This document shows, piece after piece, positions 48,385-58,115 of a stretch of 64,000 bases of DNA (its first letter is position 1; every line of letters starts with the position of its first letter). The position numbers and the translations under genes were made by a program. Where the stretch lies: positions 5,152,001-5,216,000 of the forward strand of contig OY761158.1 in assembly GCA_963664405.1 (NCBI GenBank). The letters run 5' to 3'. Under the pieces are notes generated by a model, which saw only the letters and a list, made by a program, of their open reading frames with translations, ran no database searches and was not told the DNA's origin. Source of the stretch: Thermoanaerobaculia bacterium. Lineage in GTDB: Bacteria; Acidobacteriota; Thermoanaerobaculia; Multivoradales; Multivoraceae.

Positions 48385-49734
48385 GTGAAGATTCCCACCC
48401 GCGCCGACGTGCTGCGCGTTGCGTGGCCGATCGTGCTGGCCAACTCGGCGATTCCGCTGCTCGGCCTCGCCGATACGGCTGTCATCGGCAACACCGGCAC
48501 CGTTGCGGAGCTCGGAGCGATTGCTCTTGGAGCGCTCGTCTTCAACTTCGTGTATTGGAGCTTCGCCTTCCTGCGCATGGGAACGACGGGGTTCGTGGCT
48601 CAGGCGGACGGAGCCGGCGACGAGGTCGAGGTGCGCTCAGCACTCGGGCGGGCGCTGGTCCTTGCGGCAGCGATCGGGGTCGTCCTGGTTCTCTTGCAGA
48701 AGCCGATCGAATGGGTGACGCTCGGGTTGCTCGCCGGCACGGCGGAGGTCGAGTCGATCGCCAGCTCCTACTACTTCATCCGCATCTGGGGGGCACCGGC
48801 GGCCCTCGGCACCTTCGCGGTTCTCGGCACCTTCATCGGCCTCGGCGAGAGCGGCCGGCTGCTCCAGACGCAGATCTTCCTCAACGGCCTAAACATTGCT
48901 CTCGACGTCGTCTTCGCAGGGGTTCTCGGCTGGGGGGTCGAGGGTATCGCTCTGGGTACGACGATCGCCGAATGGGCGACCCTCGTCGTCGCTCTAGTGC
49001 TTGTGCGGCGCACCCTGAGAGCGCGGCGCGAGGACGCCGAGCCGTTCTTTTTGTGGTCACAGATCCTACGGCGCGACAAGCTCGCCCGCACGCTGAGCGC
49101 CAACGCCGACATCATGGTCCGCACCCTCTTTTTGCTCTTCGGCTTCGGTTGGTTCACCAACCAGGGCGCACGCTTCGGCGACGAAGTGCTGGCTGCGAAC
49201 CACGTCCTGTTACAGCTCGTCACCGCCAGCGCTTACTTCCTCGACGGTTACGCCCATGCCACCGAGTCGCTGCTCGGTCGTGCGATCGGTGCCCGGCAGC
49301 GCGAGGCGTTCGATAGCGCGGTCCGCTGCTCCACCCAACTCGCTGCGGTGACCGCCGTAGTGCTGACGGCGATCGTGCTGCTCGGCGGCCGCTTCGTCAT
49401 CGCCTGGCTGACCGACCTCGAAGTGGTGCGCCAGCTCGCCTCGAGCTGGCTTCCCTACACCGCGTCTTATGTTCTGGTCTCCTTCGCCGCCTTCCAGCTC
49501 GACGGCATCTTCATCGGTGCCACTCGTACGCGAGATATGCGCAACACAGCCGGCGTTTCGCTCCTGGTCTTTCTGCTCGTCAGTTGGCCCCTGGTCGCGA
49601 TCGCCGGCAATCGAGGTCTGTGGATGGCCTTTGTCGTCTACGTGATCGTTCGTGCGGTCACACTGGCGGCTCGCTTCCCAGCGTTGCGGCGCGCGGCGCT
49701 CGAGCCGCAGGCCACAGACTCGTCGTGGTTGTAG
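48385..49734 (+). CDS. MATE family efflux transporter (DinF-like)
   Basis: PLLGLADTAVIG, FLRMGTTG, AFQLDGIFIG. Confidence 0.92.
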   Translation: MKIPTRADVLRVAWPIVLANSAIPLLGLADTAVIGNTGTVAELGAIALGALVFNFVYWSFAFLRMGTTGFVAQADGAGDEVEVRSALGRALVLAAAIGVVLVLLQKPIEWVTLGLLAGTAEVESIASSYYFIRIWGAPAALGTFAVLGTFIGLGESGRLLQTQIFLNGLNIALDVVFAGVLGWGVEGIALGTTIAEWATLVVALVLVRRTLRARREDAEPFFLWSQILRRDKLARTLSANADIMVRTLFLLFGFGWFTNQGARFGDEVLAANHVLLQLVTASAYFLDGYAHATESLLGRAIGARQREAFDSAVRCSTQLAAVTAVVLTAIVLLGGRFVIAWLTDLEVVRQLASSWLPYTASYVLVSFAAFQLDGIFIGATRTRDMRNTAGVSLLVFLLVSWPLVAIAGNRGLWMAFVVYVIVRAVTLAARFPALRRAALEPQATDSSWL

Positions 49735-49780
49735 CCAAAGGCCCAAATCAGTCCCGATCGAAGCAGATCTGAGCCTCCTC

Positions 49781-51427
49781 TCACAGAAGAACCACACAGC
49801 CACTCGCGCGGTCCCAGCGCCAAGGAAATTCATCGGTGGTGAGGTGTGATGGCCCTAGCCAGCGCGAGATCCCATTCAGCGAGACGCTGTCTGAGCGACC
49901 CGCGAGGACGTCGCGGCCGGCATTCGTAATCCGGATGCCTTCGCTCATAAGCTCGGTCTCGCCCATCCCCAGGGCCGCTCCCTCTCGCTCGACAAGCGGC
50001 GTGGTTGCCGACTCGAGCTCACCCAGCATCGCGAAGAACTGGGTGCTCGAGAGATACGGATTCTGGTCACGTTCGTAGTGCTCGCTGAAGAGGTCTCGCC
50101 CCGTTCTGGTGGCCGTCCCAACGCTCTCTAGGACCAGCCGCTGGGACTTGGTGAGCCCATTCGATGAATCCGGAAGGTCCTCGAGGAAGCGCCTGAGGGC
50201 GGCCGCGAGGAAGGGGAGCGCCGACGTATTGCCTTGAATGGTGCGCTCGATTTCGAATGGATCGCCCGAGCAGAACGCGGTCCATGCACGTTGAGCAAGG
50301 AGGTGTTGCTCCTCGCTCACATCGCCCCGTGTCTCGAACAGCGACGCCATCTCGTCCTCATTCAGCTGACCCAGGCCTCGAAAGTCCTCGATGCCAGGGA
50401 AACTTCCGATACAGGTGAGGGAGAGGCTGGTGTCGCCGAGTGCACGGGACGCATACCAGGCCAGATGCCGGATGAGCAAGAGTTGATCGAAGAGGTCGTG
50501 CTCGAACCAGAGCACTACTTCGTCGTAGTCGGCGTGCGCCTCCATCGCCTCGTCCCAGCCCGAGGCCATCTCTCCGCCGGCTCCAGCAAATGCCCCGAAC
50601 CAAGCGGTTTCGTAGAAGTCGGCTCGCGCTGCGCGCCATGCCGGCGTCTCGATGCCGCCCGCCGGCAGCGGCCCGTCCCAGAGCAGCTCGGCCCAGATGC
50701 CGACAGTTCCCGGTACCTCGCAGGCGCGGAGGGTTTCGGCAGCGCTGTCGCCGTTGGTGAGATGGAACAGTGCCCTCTCCTTCCTTTCAGTGTCGAACAC
50801 CTCGGTCGGCGCGGCGCTTTCGATCGCATCCTGCATTTGTGATTCCTCGAGAATTACTTTCAGTTGGGCGCGAGCGCGGTGGAGCCAGCTCTTGACGGTG
50901 CCGGCGGGTGCACCGAGATGGTCCGCAACCCGCTGCAGGCTGAGGCCATCGCGATGGAAAAGAACGATCGGAGCGCGGTACTTCTCGGGAAGGCTCTCCA
51001 CCGCAGCCGCCACACGAGCCCGCATCTCAGCGCGTTCGAGGCGAGCGGGCGCTGATGGGAGCTCGCTGTGCAAGGCATCGACTCCGTGCGGAGACGTGCC
51101 GCGAAACAGAGCCGGCCGGAACGTTCGCATCCAGTCGACACAGGTGCCGAACACGATGCGTCGGAGCCAGGGGCGGAACTTCCTCGGATCGGACAGTAGG
51201 TCGATGTTGCCGAGCGCTCGGATGAACGCTTCCTGGCACATGTCCTCGGTTTCGACCGCGTCGCGAACTAAGGAGCGAGCGAGGGCGAGGACGTCACCTT
51301 GGTGGCGATCGACGAGGAGGCCGAAGGCCTCCGCTTCTCCGTTCCGAACCCGCGACACGAGTGTCGCGTCTTCGGCCGCGCCGTCTGCGTCCTTGCTGAG
51401 TCGTCGAGATTTGTCGTTGCCGTTCAA
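49781..51427 (-). CDS. ECF sigma factor with C-terminal DUF1835-like extension
   Basis: EDMCQEAF, WLRRI, GTVKSWLHRAR; then HLTNGDSA, LWFEHDLFDQL; TTG start after GGAGG. Confidence 0.85.
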   Translation of the reverse strand: MNGNDKSRRLSKDADGAAEDATLVSRVRNGEAEAFGLLVDRHQGDVLALARSLVRDAVETEDMCQEAFIRALGNIDLLSDPRKFRPWLRRIVFGTCVDWMRTFRPALFRGTSPHGVDALHSELPSAPARLERAEMRARVAAAVESLPEKYRAPIVLFHRDGLSLQRVADHLGAPAGTVKSWLHRARAQLKVILEESQMQDAIESAAPTEVFDTERKERALFHLTNGDSAAETLRACEVPGTVGIWAELLWDGPLPAGGIETPAWRAARADFYETAWFGAFAGAGGEMASGWDEAMEAHADYDEVVLWFEHDLFDQLLLIRHLAWYASRALGDTSLSLTCIGSFPGIEDFRGLGQLNEDEMASLFETRGDVSEEQHLLAQRAWTAFCSGDPFEIERTIQGNTSALPFLAAALRRFLEDLPDSSNGLTKSQRLVLESVGTATRTGRDLFSEHYERDQNPYLSSTQFFAMLGELESATTPLVEREGAALGMGETELMSEGIRITNAGRDVLAGRSDSVSLNGISRWLGPSHLTTDEFPWRWDRASGCVVLL

Positions 51428-51814
51428 AGTCTTTTTGCCCTCCGATCTTCGAGCCTCGCTTGATAGTCGAGAGTCGTGCGGGCGAGGTTGCACGGAAGCG
51501 CTGACATTCTCCCGAGAAGGTATCAATCGATGCGACGCCGCAACACCCGAGGCCGGTCTCTGTCCAGAGACGAAAGAGGCTCTTGACGTTTCCCAGTGGC
51601 GATCCAGGGGCTCGATCGGTGGAGATCGAGCTGGAGACAACTCCGTCCGTGTCTGCATTTGTTGGCCCGGTTTTGACCGCTCTATTCGCCTGGATGACCT
51701 GAAGGAGTAAACTGCATTCGGTTGGAGAAAATGCCAAGGCCCGCGATCGACACCAGTCGTGGTGCGGTGCGAAGGGCCGCTTCTGCGAAGGGGCGCAAAG
51801 GAGACTCGAAGCGA

Positions 51815-52894
51815 ATGAGCATGTTTCCGAAGTCGGTCAAGATCACCGACGACACGATGAGGGAAGGCCTCCAGATCGAGAGCGCCGACATTCCGGTGTC
51901 CGAAAAGCTGAGGCTGTTGGACGCGATCGGTGAGACCGGGGCGAAGACGATTGCGATCGGATCCTTCGCTCACCCGAAATGGACGCCGCAGATGGCCTGC
52001 ATCGAAGAGATCGCCGAGCGCTTCGTCCCCAAACCCGGCGTGAGCTATACGGCCGTTATCTTCAATCGTAAGGGGTTCGAGCGGGCAGACAAGTTCTACC
52101 CGAAGATCAACGTGCGAACCAAGCGATTCGGTATCCACATCGAGCTGTGCGATTCATTCGCCCGTCGCAACTACAATCGGACCCAGGCGGAGCAGATCTT
52201 GGGCATGCCCGACACCGTCGCCAGAGCGCACGAGGGTGGAGCCGAGCTCGGGGCGGTGGCGATCGGAAACCCGTTCGGGTCCAACTTCGAGGGGCCTTTC
52301 TCGCTGGAACAGCGGATGGACCTTTTGGCCATGATGATCGATGCCTGGCACGAGGGCGGGTTCGAGGTAAAGAGATGCTCTTTTCTCGACGCCATGGGTT
52401 GGAACATGCCGCATCTGGTGGAGGAGACCATCCTGGCGGTAAGGGATCGTTGGCCGGAGATCACGGACTTCCACTGCCACCTTCATGACACCAGAGGCGC
52501 CACCATGGCGAGCTTCTACGAAGCCCTCAAGTTAGGAGTGCGTGAATTCGATACCTCCATCGGTGGCATGGGCGGCTGTCCTTACTGTGGTAACGGTCGA
52601 GCCGCGGGGCACGTCCCAACTGAAGACTTTGTCGATCTCTGCCATGAGCTCGGCATCGAAACCGGCTACAACCTCGACAAGCTGATCGAGGCGGCCGCGA
52701 TCGCCGAGGAAGTGGTGGGGCATCCACTCTGGGGGCACGTCTCCAAGGCCGGCCCCCGGCCGCGTGGAGAGAAGCTCTATCCTCGTGATATGCCCTTCGT
52801 GGAGACACTCGACGAGGCGGCCCATTTCCGCAAGGGAGCCGCGGTCTACGCCGGGCAGGTGTCTCCTTGGAAGCCCGATCTGATGACTCGGTAG
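51815..52894 (+). CDS. HMG-CoA lyase-like DRE-TIM metallolyase
   Basis: MREGLQ, HLHDTRG, GGMGGCPY, VPTED. Confidence 0.88.
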   Translation: MSMFPKSVKITDDTMREGLQIESADIPVSEKLRLLDAIGETGAKTIAIGSFAHPKWTPQMACIEEIAERFVPKPGVSYTAVIFNRKGFERADKFYPKINVRTKRFGIHIELCDSFARRNYNRTQAEQILGMPDTVARAHEGGAELGAVAIGNPFGSNFEGPFSLEQRMDLLAMMIDAWHEGGFEVKRCSFLDAMGWNMPHLVEETILAVRDRWPEITDFHCHLHDTRGATMASFYEALKLGVREFDTSIGGMGGCPYCGNGRAAGHVPTEDFVDLCHELGIETGYNLDKLIEAAAIAEEVVGHPLWGHVSKAGPRPRGEKLYPRDMPFVETLDEAAHFRKGAAVYAGQVSPWKPDLMTR

Positions 52895-52921
52895 GAGCCT
52901 GCGCAGCAGGACTCCGGATGC

Positions 52922-53727
52922 GGCATTGTCAAGTTAGGGTCGGAGGCACGAGGCTTGGCCCGGCAACGCTGGTCGGCTCCGGGTTCAGCAGACACAGGTC
53001 GTCCGCCGCCAGACGCCGAAGGAGTGGTCACGCAGCGTACGATGGTTGGCGGAGCTGACGAGGTGCCGGCCAACTCGGAACAGGTTGAGGACGAGGCCAT
53101 GAACCGAGAGGAAGCGCTGCGCTTGACCGGGCGACTTGAACCGGCGCATCTGTCGTTCCCGCTGCCGGGTCGGCTGGTGCGAGACTTCCGCTCGGTTGTT
53201 GGCGTACTGCCTCGTATCGTGGACGACCGAAGGCATCGTGGTGCGATGAGCGGCTCCGTAGCTCTTCAGCTTGTCGGTGACCAGGCGCAGCGGCTCTGCA
53301 CATTGGCCCTTCAATAGCTTGCGGAAGAAGCGTTCTGCTGCACGCCGGTTCCGACGGGACTGGACGAGGATGTCGAGCACGTCGCCGTCCTGGTCGACCG
53401 CCCGCCACAGATACTGCCGTTTGCCCTGGATGGTTACGAAGAGCTCGTCGAGGTGCCACGTGTCACCAAGACGACCTTGCCGACGCTTCAGCTTGCGGGC
53501 GTACTCGGTGCCGAACTTCCGACACCACTGGCGGATGGACTCGTATGAGACGGTCACTCCGCGCTCGGCCAGGAGATCCTCGACGTCGCGGAAGCTCAAG
53601 GCGAAGCGGTGGTAGAGCCAGACGGCGTGACTGATAATCTCGGAAGGATAGCGGTGGCGGCGGTAGCTGACTGCGATCGTGTCCATAGCACCGAGTCTGC
53701 CAGGCATGGCGTTAACCTGACAGTGCC
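52922..53727 (-). mobile_element. IS6-family insertion sequence (806 bp)
   Basis: IRs GGCATTGTCAAGTTA / TAACCTGACAGTGCC; no target duplication. Confidence 0.92.
52985..53686 (-). CDS. IS6 transposase
   Basis: WHLDELF, YLWRAVD, VTDKLKSY, NNRAEVSH. Confidence 0.95.
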   Translation of the reverse strand: MDTIAVSYRRHRYPSEIISHAVWLYHRFALSFRDVEDLLAERGVTVSYESIRQWCRKFGTEYARKLKRRQGRLGDTWHLDELFVTIQGKRQYLWRAVDQDGDVLDILVQSRRNRRAAERFFRKLLKGQCAEPLRLVTDKLKSYGAAHRTTMPSVVHDTRQYANNRAEVSHQPTRQRERQMRRFKSPGQAQRFLSVHGLVLNLFRVGRHLVSSANHRTLRDHSFGVWRRTTCVC

Positions 53728-53821
53728 CACCCCACGATGGCAGAGGGGGCGGCACCGGGAAGGGGGCGGAGATGATCGGGGCTAGCTTCCCCCAGGGGTC
53801 GCACGGGTCGAGCCTTGCGGC

Positions 53822-54460
53822 TCAGAACCGCCCTCCCAGCCGCTCGACGAGGGAGCGGAGGATCTCGACGAAGAGATCGGCCGTCTCTTCGGCGCTGAGG
53901 AAGCCAGCTTCCATCTGGCCGAGGAGTCCTTGGAATCCGCCGTACTGGAAAGCGGCGAGGGCCTGGGCGTTCTTCGGGGACAGGCCGTTGACCCCGACGA
54001 AGTAGTCGGCCCACATGTCCATGATGCGATGGCGCCGGCGCTGATTACCAGCCTCCAACGAGCGGTTGAGCTGCCTCAGAGGCCAGTGTCCGTAGACCAG
54101 CTCCATGTGCGCCAGGCGCCGCTCCTGCAGCCCCGCGAAGTAGGTCCTCACCCACTCCCGGAGGGCGGCCTCGAGATCGTTCGGGTGGGCCCGAATCGTG
54201 GCCGCGACGCTGGTGCAGACCTCCTCATAAAGCCTGTCGGCCAGTTGCCAGGTGAGCTCGTCGACGTTCGGGAAGTGCTCGTACACGAGCTGGCGGCTGA
54301 CGCCGGCGAGGCGGGCGAGGCGGATGACGCTCAGGTTCTCCCAGCCCTCTTCCTGCACCAGCGCGAGACCGTGCTCTAAGAGCGAGCGCTTCCTCTCACC
54401 CGCAGGCAAGTAGCGGCGCTTGGAGGGCTTCGCGCGAGGGGTGGTGCTCAGATTGCGCAT
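53822..54460 (-). CDS. TetR/AcrR family regulator
   Basis: HTH LARLAGVSRQLVYEHF; divergent from the TonB receptor. Confidence 0.9.
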   Translation of the reverse strand: MRNLSTTPRAKPSKRRYLPAGERKRSLLEHGLALVQEEGWENLSVIRLARLAGVSRQLVYEHFPNVDELTWQLADRLYEEVCTSVAATIRAHPNDLEAALREWVRTYFAGLQERRLAHMELVYGHWPLRQLNRSLEAGNQRRRHRIMDMWADYFVGVNGLSPKNAQALAAFQYGGFQGLLGQMEAGFLSAEETADLFVEILRSLVERLGGRF

Positions 54461-54699
54461 GCCGCTGACAGCCGGCCACGCGGTTCGAGGCAAAGCCGGA
54501 TCTCCAAGCGAGTGCATACTAATTCAAAATGGAACAGACGTCCAAAAGGTTCGGTCAGCCACCCGTGCGCGCAAGCGCACTCTTCCACCGGAAGGTATAT
54601 GGACCAGTCTGTCTATTTTTGGTAGCTTGTCGTGGTTACGAATGTCTCGACAGCAGAGTAGATTTTGTCCACTGGTCGATCTTCCACGAGGATTCCGAG

Positions 54700-57405
54700 A
54701 TGCGTGCTCCGTTAACCCTGCTCGCCTGCAGCCTGCTCTTAGCCGTTAGTGCCCTCGCCGACGCTCCCCAGACCGGTACGGTCGAGGGTGTCGTCACCGA
54801 CCCGTCGGGAACACCCATCCCTAGTGTCGTGGTCAGCTTGGAGAGTGATCGCGGCACTCAAACCGCCGTCACCGATGCCGAGGGAAAGTACCGCATCGGA
54901 CTGCTGCTGCCCGGCGCCTACACCGTCCAGGCCAAGATGGAGGGCATGCAGTCGCAGCAGGCCTCGGTACGCCTCGAGGCCGGCACGCGGTCGAGGACAG
55001 ACCTAGAGCTCGCCGCCTCCACCGACGAGACCATCACCGTCACCTCTGAGGCGCCGCTGATCGACAGGTACGAGGCCAGTGCCGCTTCCACCCTCGAGGC
55101 CGAGGTGGCCGAAAACTTGACCTTCGGGAAGCGCAACTACCAGTCGGCCGTCTTGATGCTCCCCGGCGTGACGAGCGACGCCCGCTCCGCGGCCCTCGGC
55201 GACCACACGCCCACCATCAACGGTGGCCTGTGGGCCGAAAGCGCGGGCTTCGTCGACGGCGTCGACACCAGCTTCAACCGCCGCGGCGGCAGCTCCAGGC
55301 TCTTCCTCCCCACCACCGCTATCAGCGAGGTGCGTCTGGTGTCCGCGGGAGCGCCAGCGGAGTACGGTCGGGTCATCGGCGGCGTGACCAATGCCGTGAT
55401 CAAGACCGGAACCAACAGCTTGAAGGGCAACCTGCTCTACATCGCGCAGCGCCAGACCTGGCGCGCCCAGTCGGACGCCGTGCCTCTGGACCGCTCTAGC
55501 GACAACGTCAACAGCTACGAGATCGCCATCGGCGGACCGATCGCCCGTGACAAGGCATGGTTCTTCGTCGCTGGTGGCGAGACCAACTCGAACGAAGTCG
55601 ACGCTTTCGCCGGGGGCGACATCCTCGACAATAGCCTCCGCGGCGAGCCGATCGTCGGCAAGTTCAACTACCAGCCCACCGCCAGCCACCAGCTCTCAGC
55701 CCTCTACGCCGACGGCAGCGTGCAGAAGGTCTTCTGGGCCTCGAACGCCGCCGACCAGTACACCCCGCTTGACTTCGATCTCACCGAGATCCTCATGCAG
55801 GGGGCCTGGAACTGGTCGATCTCGTCGAACACTTTCCTCGAGCTGAAGGTAGCCGACTACGAGTCGGAGATCCTCCGCAATGAGTTCAACCCTAGGACCC
55901 CCGACCCCAACGCTGCTCCCGACTCTCCCGCCGCCACTGCCGGCGCCTACTGGGACCTCAACAACCGCCTCAAATACAACGCCATCTACGTCGGCGCCGG
56001 CACCGGCTACAACGCCTTTCCCCGCAAACAGGGCAATGCGGCCCTGAGCTTGTTCAAGGGCAACCACGAGCTCAAGATCGGGGCCGACTTCCAGGACATC
56101 GAGTTCGAGAGTTTCAACACCCCACCCGACCGTTACGAGGGACGGGGCTACAACGAGAACCTCCCGGGTGGCTTCGCTCAGCCGACCCGGCTCCGGGTCT
56201 TCATTCCACCGGAGGCGCCGGTGGTGAGCACTAGCGAAAACCTGGCCGTGTTCGCCCAGGACCGCATCACCGTCGGCGACCACTGGACCTTCAATCTCGG
56301 GCTGCGCATGGACGCGCAGGACCACGCCAACGATGTCGGTGAGCCAGCCACCTCGCCCACCGACGTGGTGCCACGCCTGGCCGCCATTTACGACCGGAGC
56401 GGGGACGGCAAGACTCTGCTGAAGGCGACCGCCGGTCGCACCTATCAGCTTATCGGCACCCACATCGTCAACGCCTTCTTTTCGCGCTTGCCGAACGGCG
56501 CCAACGCCTTCACCCAGTTCGCTTACGACCCCGCGACCCAGCGCTATGACCTTTTCCAATTCACCCAGATTCCCTCCAACGCTACCCCGATCCAACCCTT
56601 CGACGCCTATTACAAGGATGAGGTGTCCTTCGCCATCGAGCGCCAGCTCGGCCAGCTGTGGGCCTTCGAGGCCAGGGCCATCTACTGGGATCTCGGCGAC
56701 ATGTACTGGGGCAACGAGCAGTTCGACACCAACGGCATTCCCTTCGATGCCATCAACAACTACGACGAGGGCAAGCGCGACTACACCGCGCTGCAGCTCG
56801 AGCTCGGCCGTCGCTACCGGGGCAATTGGACCCTGCGTATGAACTACACCCTCTCCGAAGCCGAGGGTAACGCCGTCGGAAACGTGACAAACAACGACAC
56901 CACGGACCTCGATACCTTCCTCGAGGGCAGCGGGGGAATCAACGTGGTCACCGGCCGGACCGACACCACCGAGGTCAACCGCTTCGGCCCGACCTCGTCC
57001 GACCGCACCCACAACCTCAACCTCATGGCCTTGAAGAACTGGGAGTTGGGCAGTCACACCCTCGGTCTCGGCGTGACCGGAACGTTCCGCTCCGGTCGCC
57101 CGTGGGCCCGCATCGCCCGGGCCACGGTCGCTCACCCGGTGAGCGGACAGCGGATCCTCACCGAGGCCTACCTCGAGCCCCGGGGAAGCCAGGAGCTCGA
57201 AGATACCCTGAACCTCAACTTGACCGGGACCTGGCGTTTCCCCCTCGGCCAGCGCGTCGAGGGCCAGGTGCGGGGCGAGCTGGCGAATATCACCGACGAG
57301 CAGGAACAGATCATCGTCAATCCCTTCAACGCCCGGCCCTTCCCGGGACGGGTCTCCTACCAGATCCCGAGGGAGTTCCGTTTGATCGTCGGAGTTAATT
57401 TCTAG
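54700..57405 (+). CDS. TonB-dependent receptor with N-terminal carboxypeptidase-regulatory-like domain
   Basis: Signal peptide, GTVEGVVTD, AEYGRVIGGVTNAVIKTGTN, C-terminal Phe. Confidence 0.92.
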   Translation: MRAPLTLLACSLLLAVSALADAPQTGTVEGVVTDPSGTPIPSVVVSLESDRGTQTAVTDAEGKYRIGLLLPGAYTVQAKMEGMQSQQASVRLEAGTRSRTDLELAASTDETITVTSEAPLIDRYEASAASTLEAEVAENLTFGKRNYQSAVLMLPGVTSDARSAALGDHTPTINGGLWAESAGFVDGVDTSFNRRGGSSRLFLPTTAISEVRLVSAGAPAEYGRVIGGVTNAVIKTGTNSLKGNLLYIAQRQTWRAQSDAVPLDRSSDNVNSYEIAIGGPIARDKAWFFVAGGETNSNEVDAFAGGDILDNSLRGEPIVGKFNYQPTASHQLSALYADGSVQKVFWASNAADQYTPLDFDLTEILMQGAWNWSISSNTFLELKVADYESEILRNEFNPRTPDPNAAPDSPAATAGAYWDLNNRLKYNAIYVGAGTGYNAFPRKQGNAALSLFKGNHELKIGADFQDIEFESFNTPPDRYEGRGYNENLPGGFAQPTRLRVFIPPEAPVVSTSENLAVFAQDRITVGDHWTFNLGLRMDAQDHANDVGEPATSPTDVVPRLAAIYDRSGDGKTLLKATAGRTYQLIGTHIVNAFFSRLPNGANAFTQFAYDPATQRYDLFQFTQIPSNATPIQPFDAYYKDEVSFAIERQLGQLWAFEARAIYWDLGDMYWGNEQFDTNGIPFDAINNYDEGKRDYTALQLELGRRYRGNWTLRMNYTLSEAEGNAVGNVTNNDTTDLDTFLEGSGGINVVTGRTDTTEVNRFGPTSSDRTHNLNLMALKNWELGSHTLGLGVTGTFRSGRPWARIARATVAHPVSGQRILTEAYLEPRGSQELEDTLNLNLTGTWRFPLGQRVEGQVRGELANITDEQEQIIVNPFNARPFPGRVSYQIPREFRLIVGVNF

Positions 57406-57426
57406 ATCCGTACGACCTCAGAGTCT

Positions 57427-57470
57427 CCGAAGCCGGGAGCCCGCCGTCGGCGGTGGTCCATCTGCCGACG
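57427..57470 (+). terminator. Possible hairpin terminator after the TonB receptor
   Basis: CGTCGGCGG..CTGCCGACG stem; no clear U-tract. Confidence 0.35.
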
Positions 57471-57909
57471 TACCAGTACAAGACGATGCTTTCGCCGAGG
57501 TGCCCCGGGTGGTTACGGAATTGAGGACGATCGGCGTGCGAACTCCACCCGGGCAAGCCCCTCCGCGCGCGATACGGTGGCGCCGACGATCTCGCCTCCG
57601 GCTCGTAGTTGCGCCTCCGCGATCGCCCGATCCTCGTCGCGAAACCCGTAGCTGCGGAGCATTCCGGGCTCGAGGATGCGGCCGCAGCGGGGAGAATCAG
57701 GTAGAGGGTGACGACAATGCCCCCCTCCGCGCCTCTCGAGTCAGGCCGAGGTGCTCACTCCCGGGGCGAGACATCAGGCGACGCGAGGGCGTCGCAGTCG
57801 CGCCGTACGACGCAGGCGTCGACGAACCCGAGCAGGTCGTCGAGCACGCGGGAGAACCATGCCCTGCTCCGAGGCTTGTGCGCCACTCGCCGGCGTGCTA
57901 GATTCCGAC

Positions 57910-57937
57910 GAATTAGACATCTGTAAGAAACGTGCGC
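57910..57937. promoter_or_regulatory. Operator-like motif, copy 1
   Basis: GAATTAGACATCTGTAAGAAACGTGCGC; near-duplicate at 63329. Confidence 0.6.
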
Positions 57938-58115
57938 GAGTGGACGCCTATCCAACCCCCGATCGACTTCCCGCGCTTCTAGACCTTCACCTCCCGGCTC
58001 CTCGACGAGGGGGGTGCTGATCTGGCGGGACCGCCGCTTCCATATCTGCGGCGCCCTCACCGAGGAAGACGTCGCCGCGACCCTGGCGCGGGGCTGGCGG
58101 TGCTGGAGGACGAAA

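Noticed and set aside
51428-52138. N-terminal 237 aa of the 785-aa ORF
   Set aside because: Partly antisense to the lyase gene and without motifs; a good RBS supports the TTG start at 51427
57480-57900. Possible gene or ncRNA between the TonB receptor and CocE
   Set aside because: Only short incoherent frames; may be a remnant but is not identifiable
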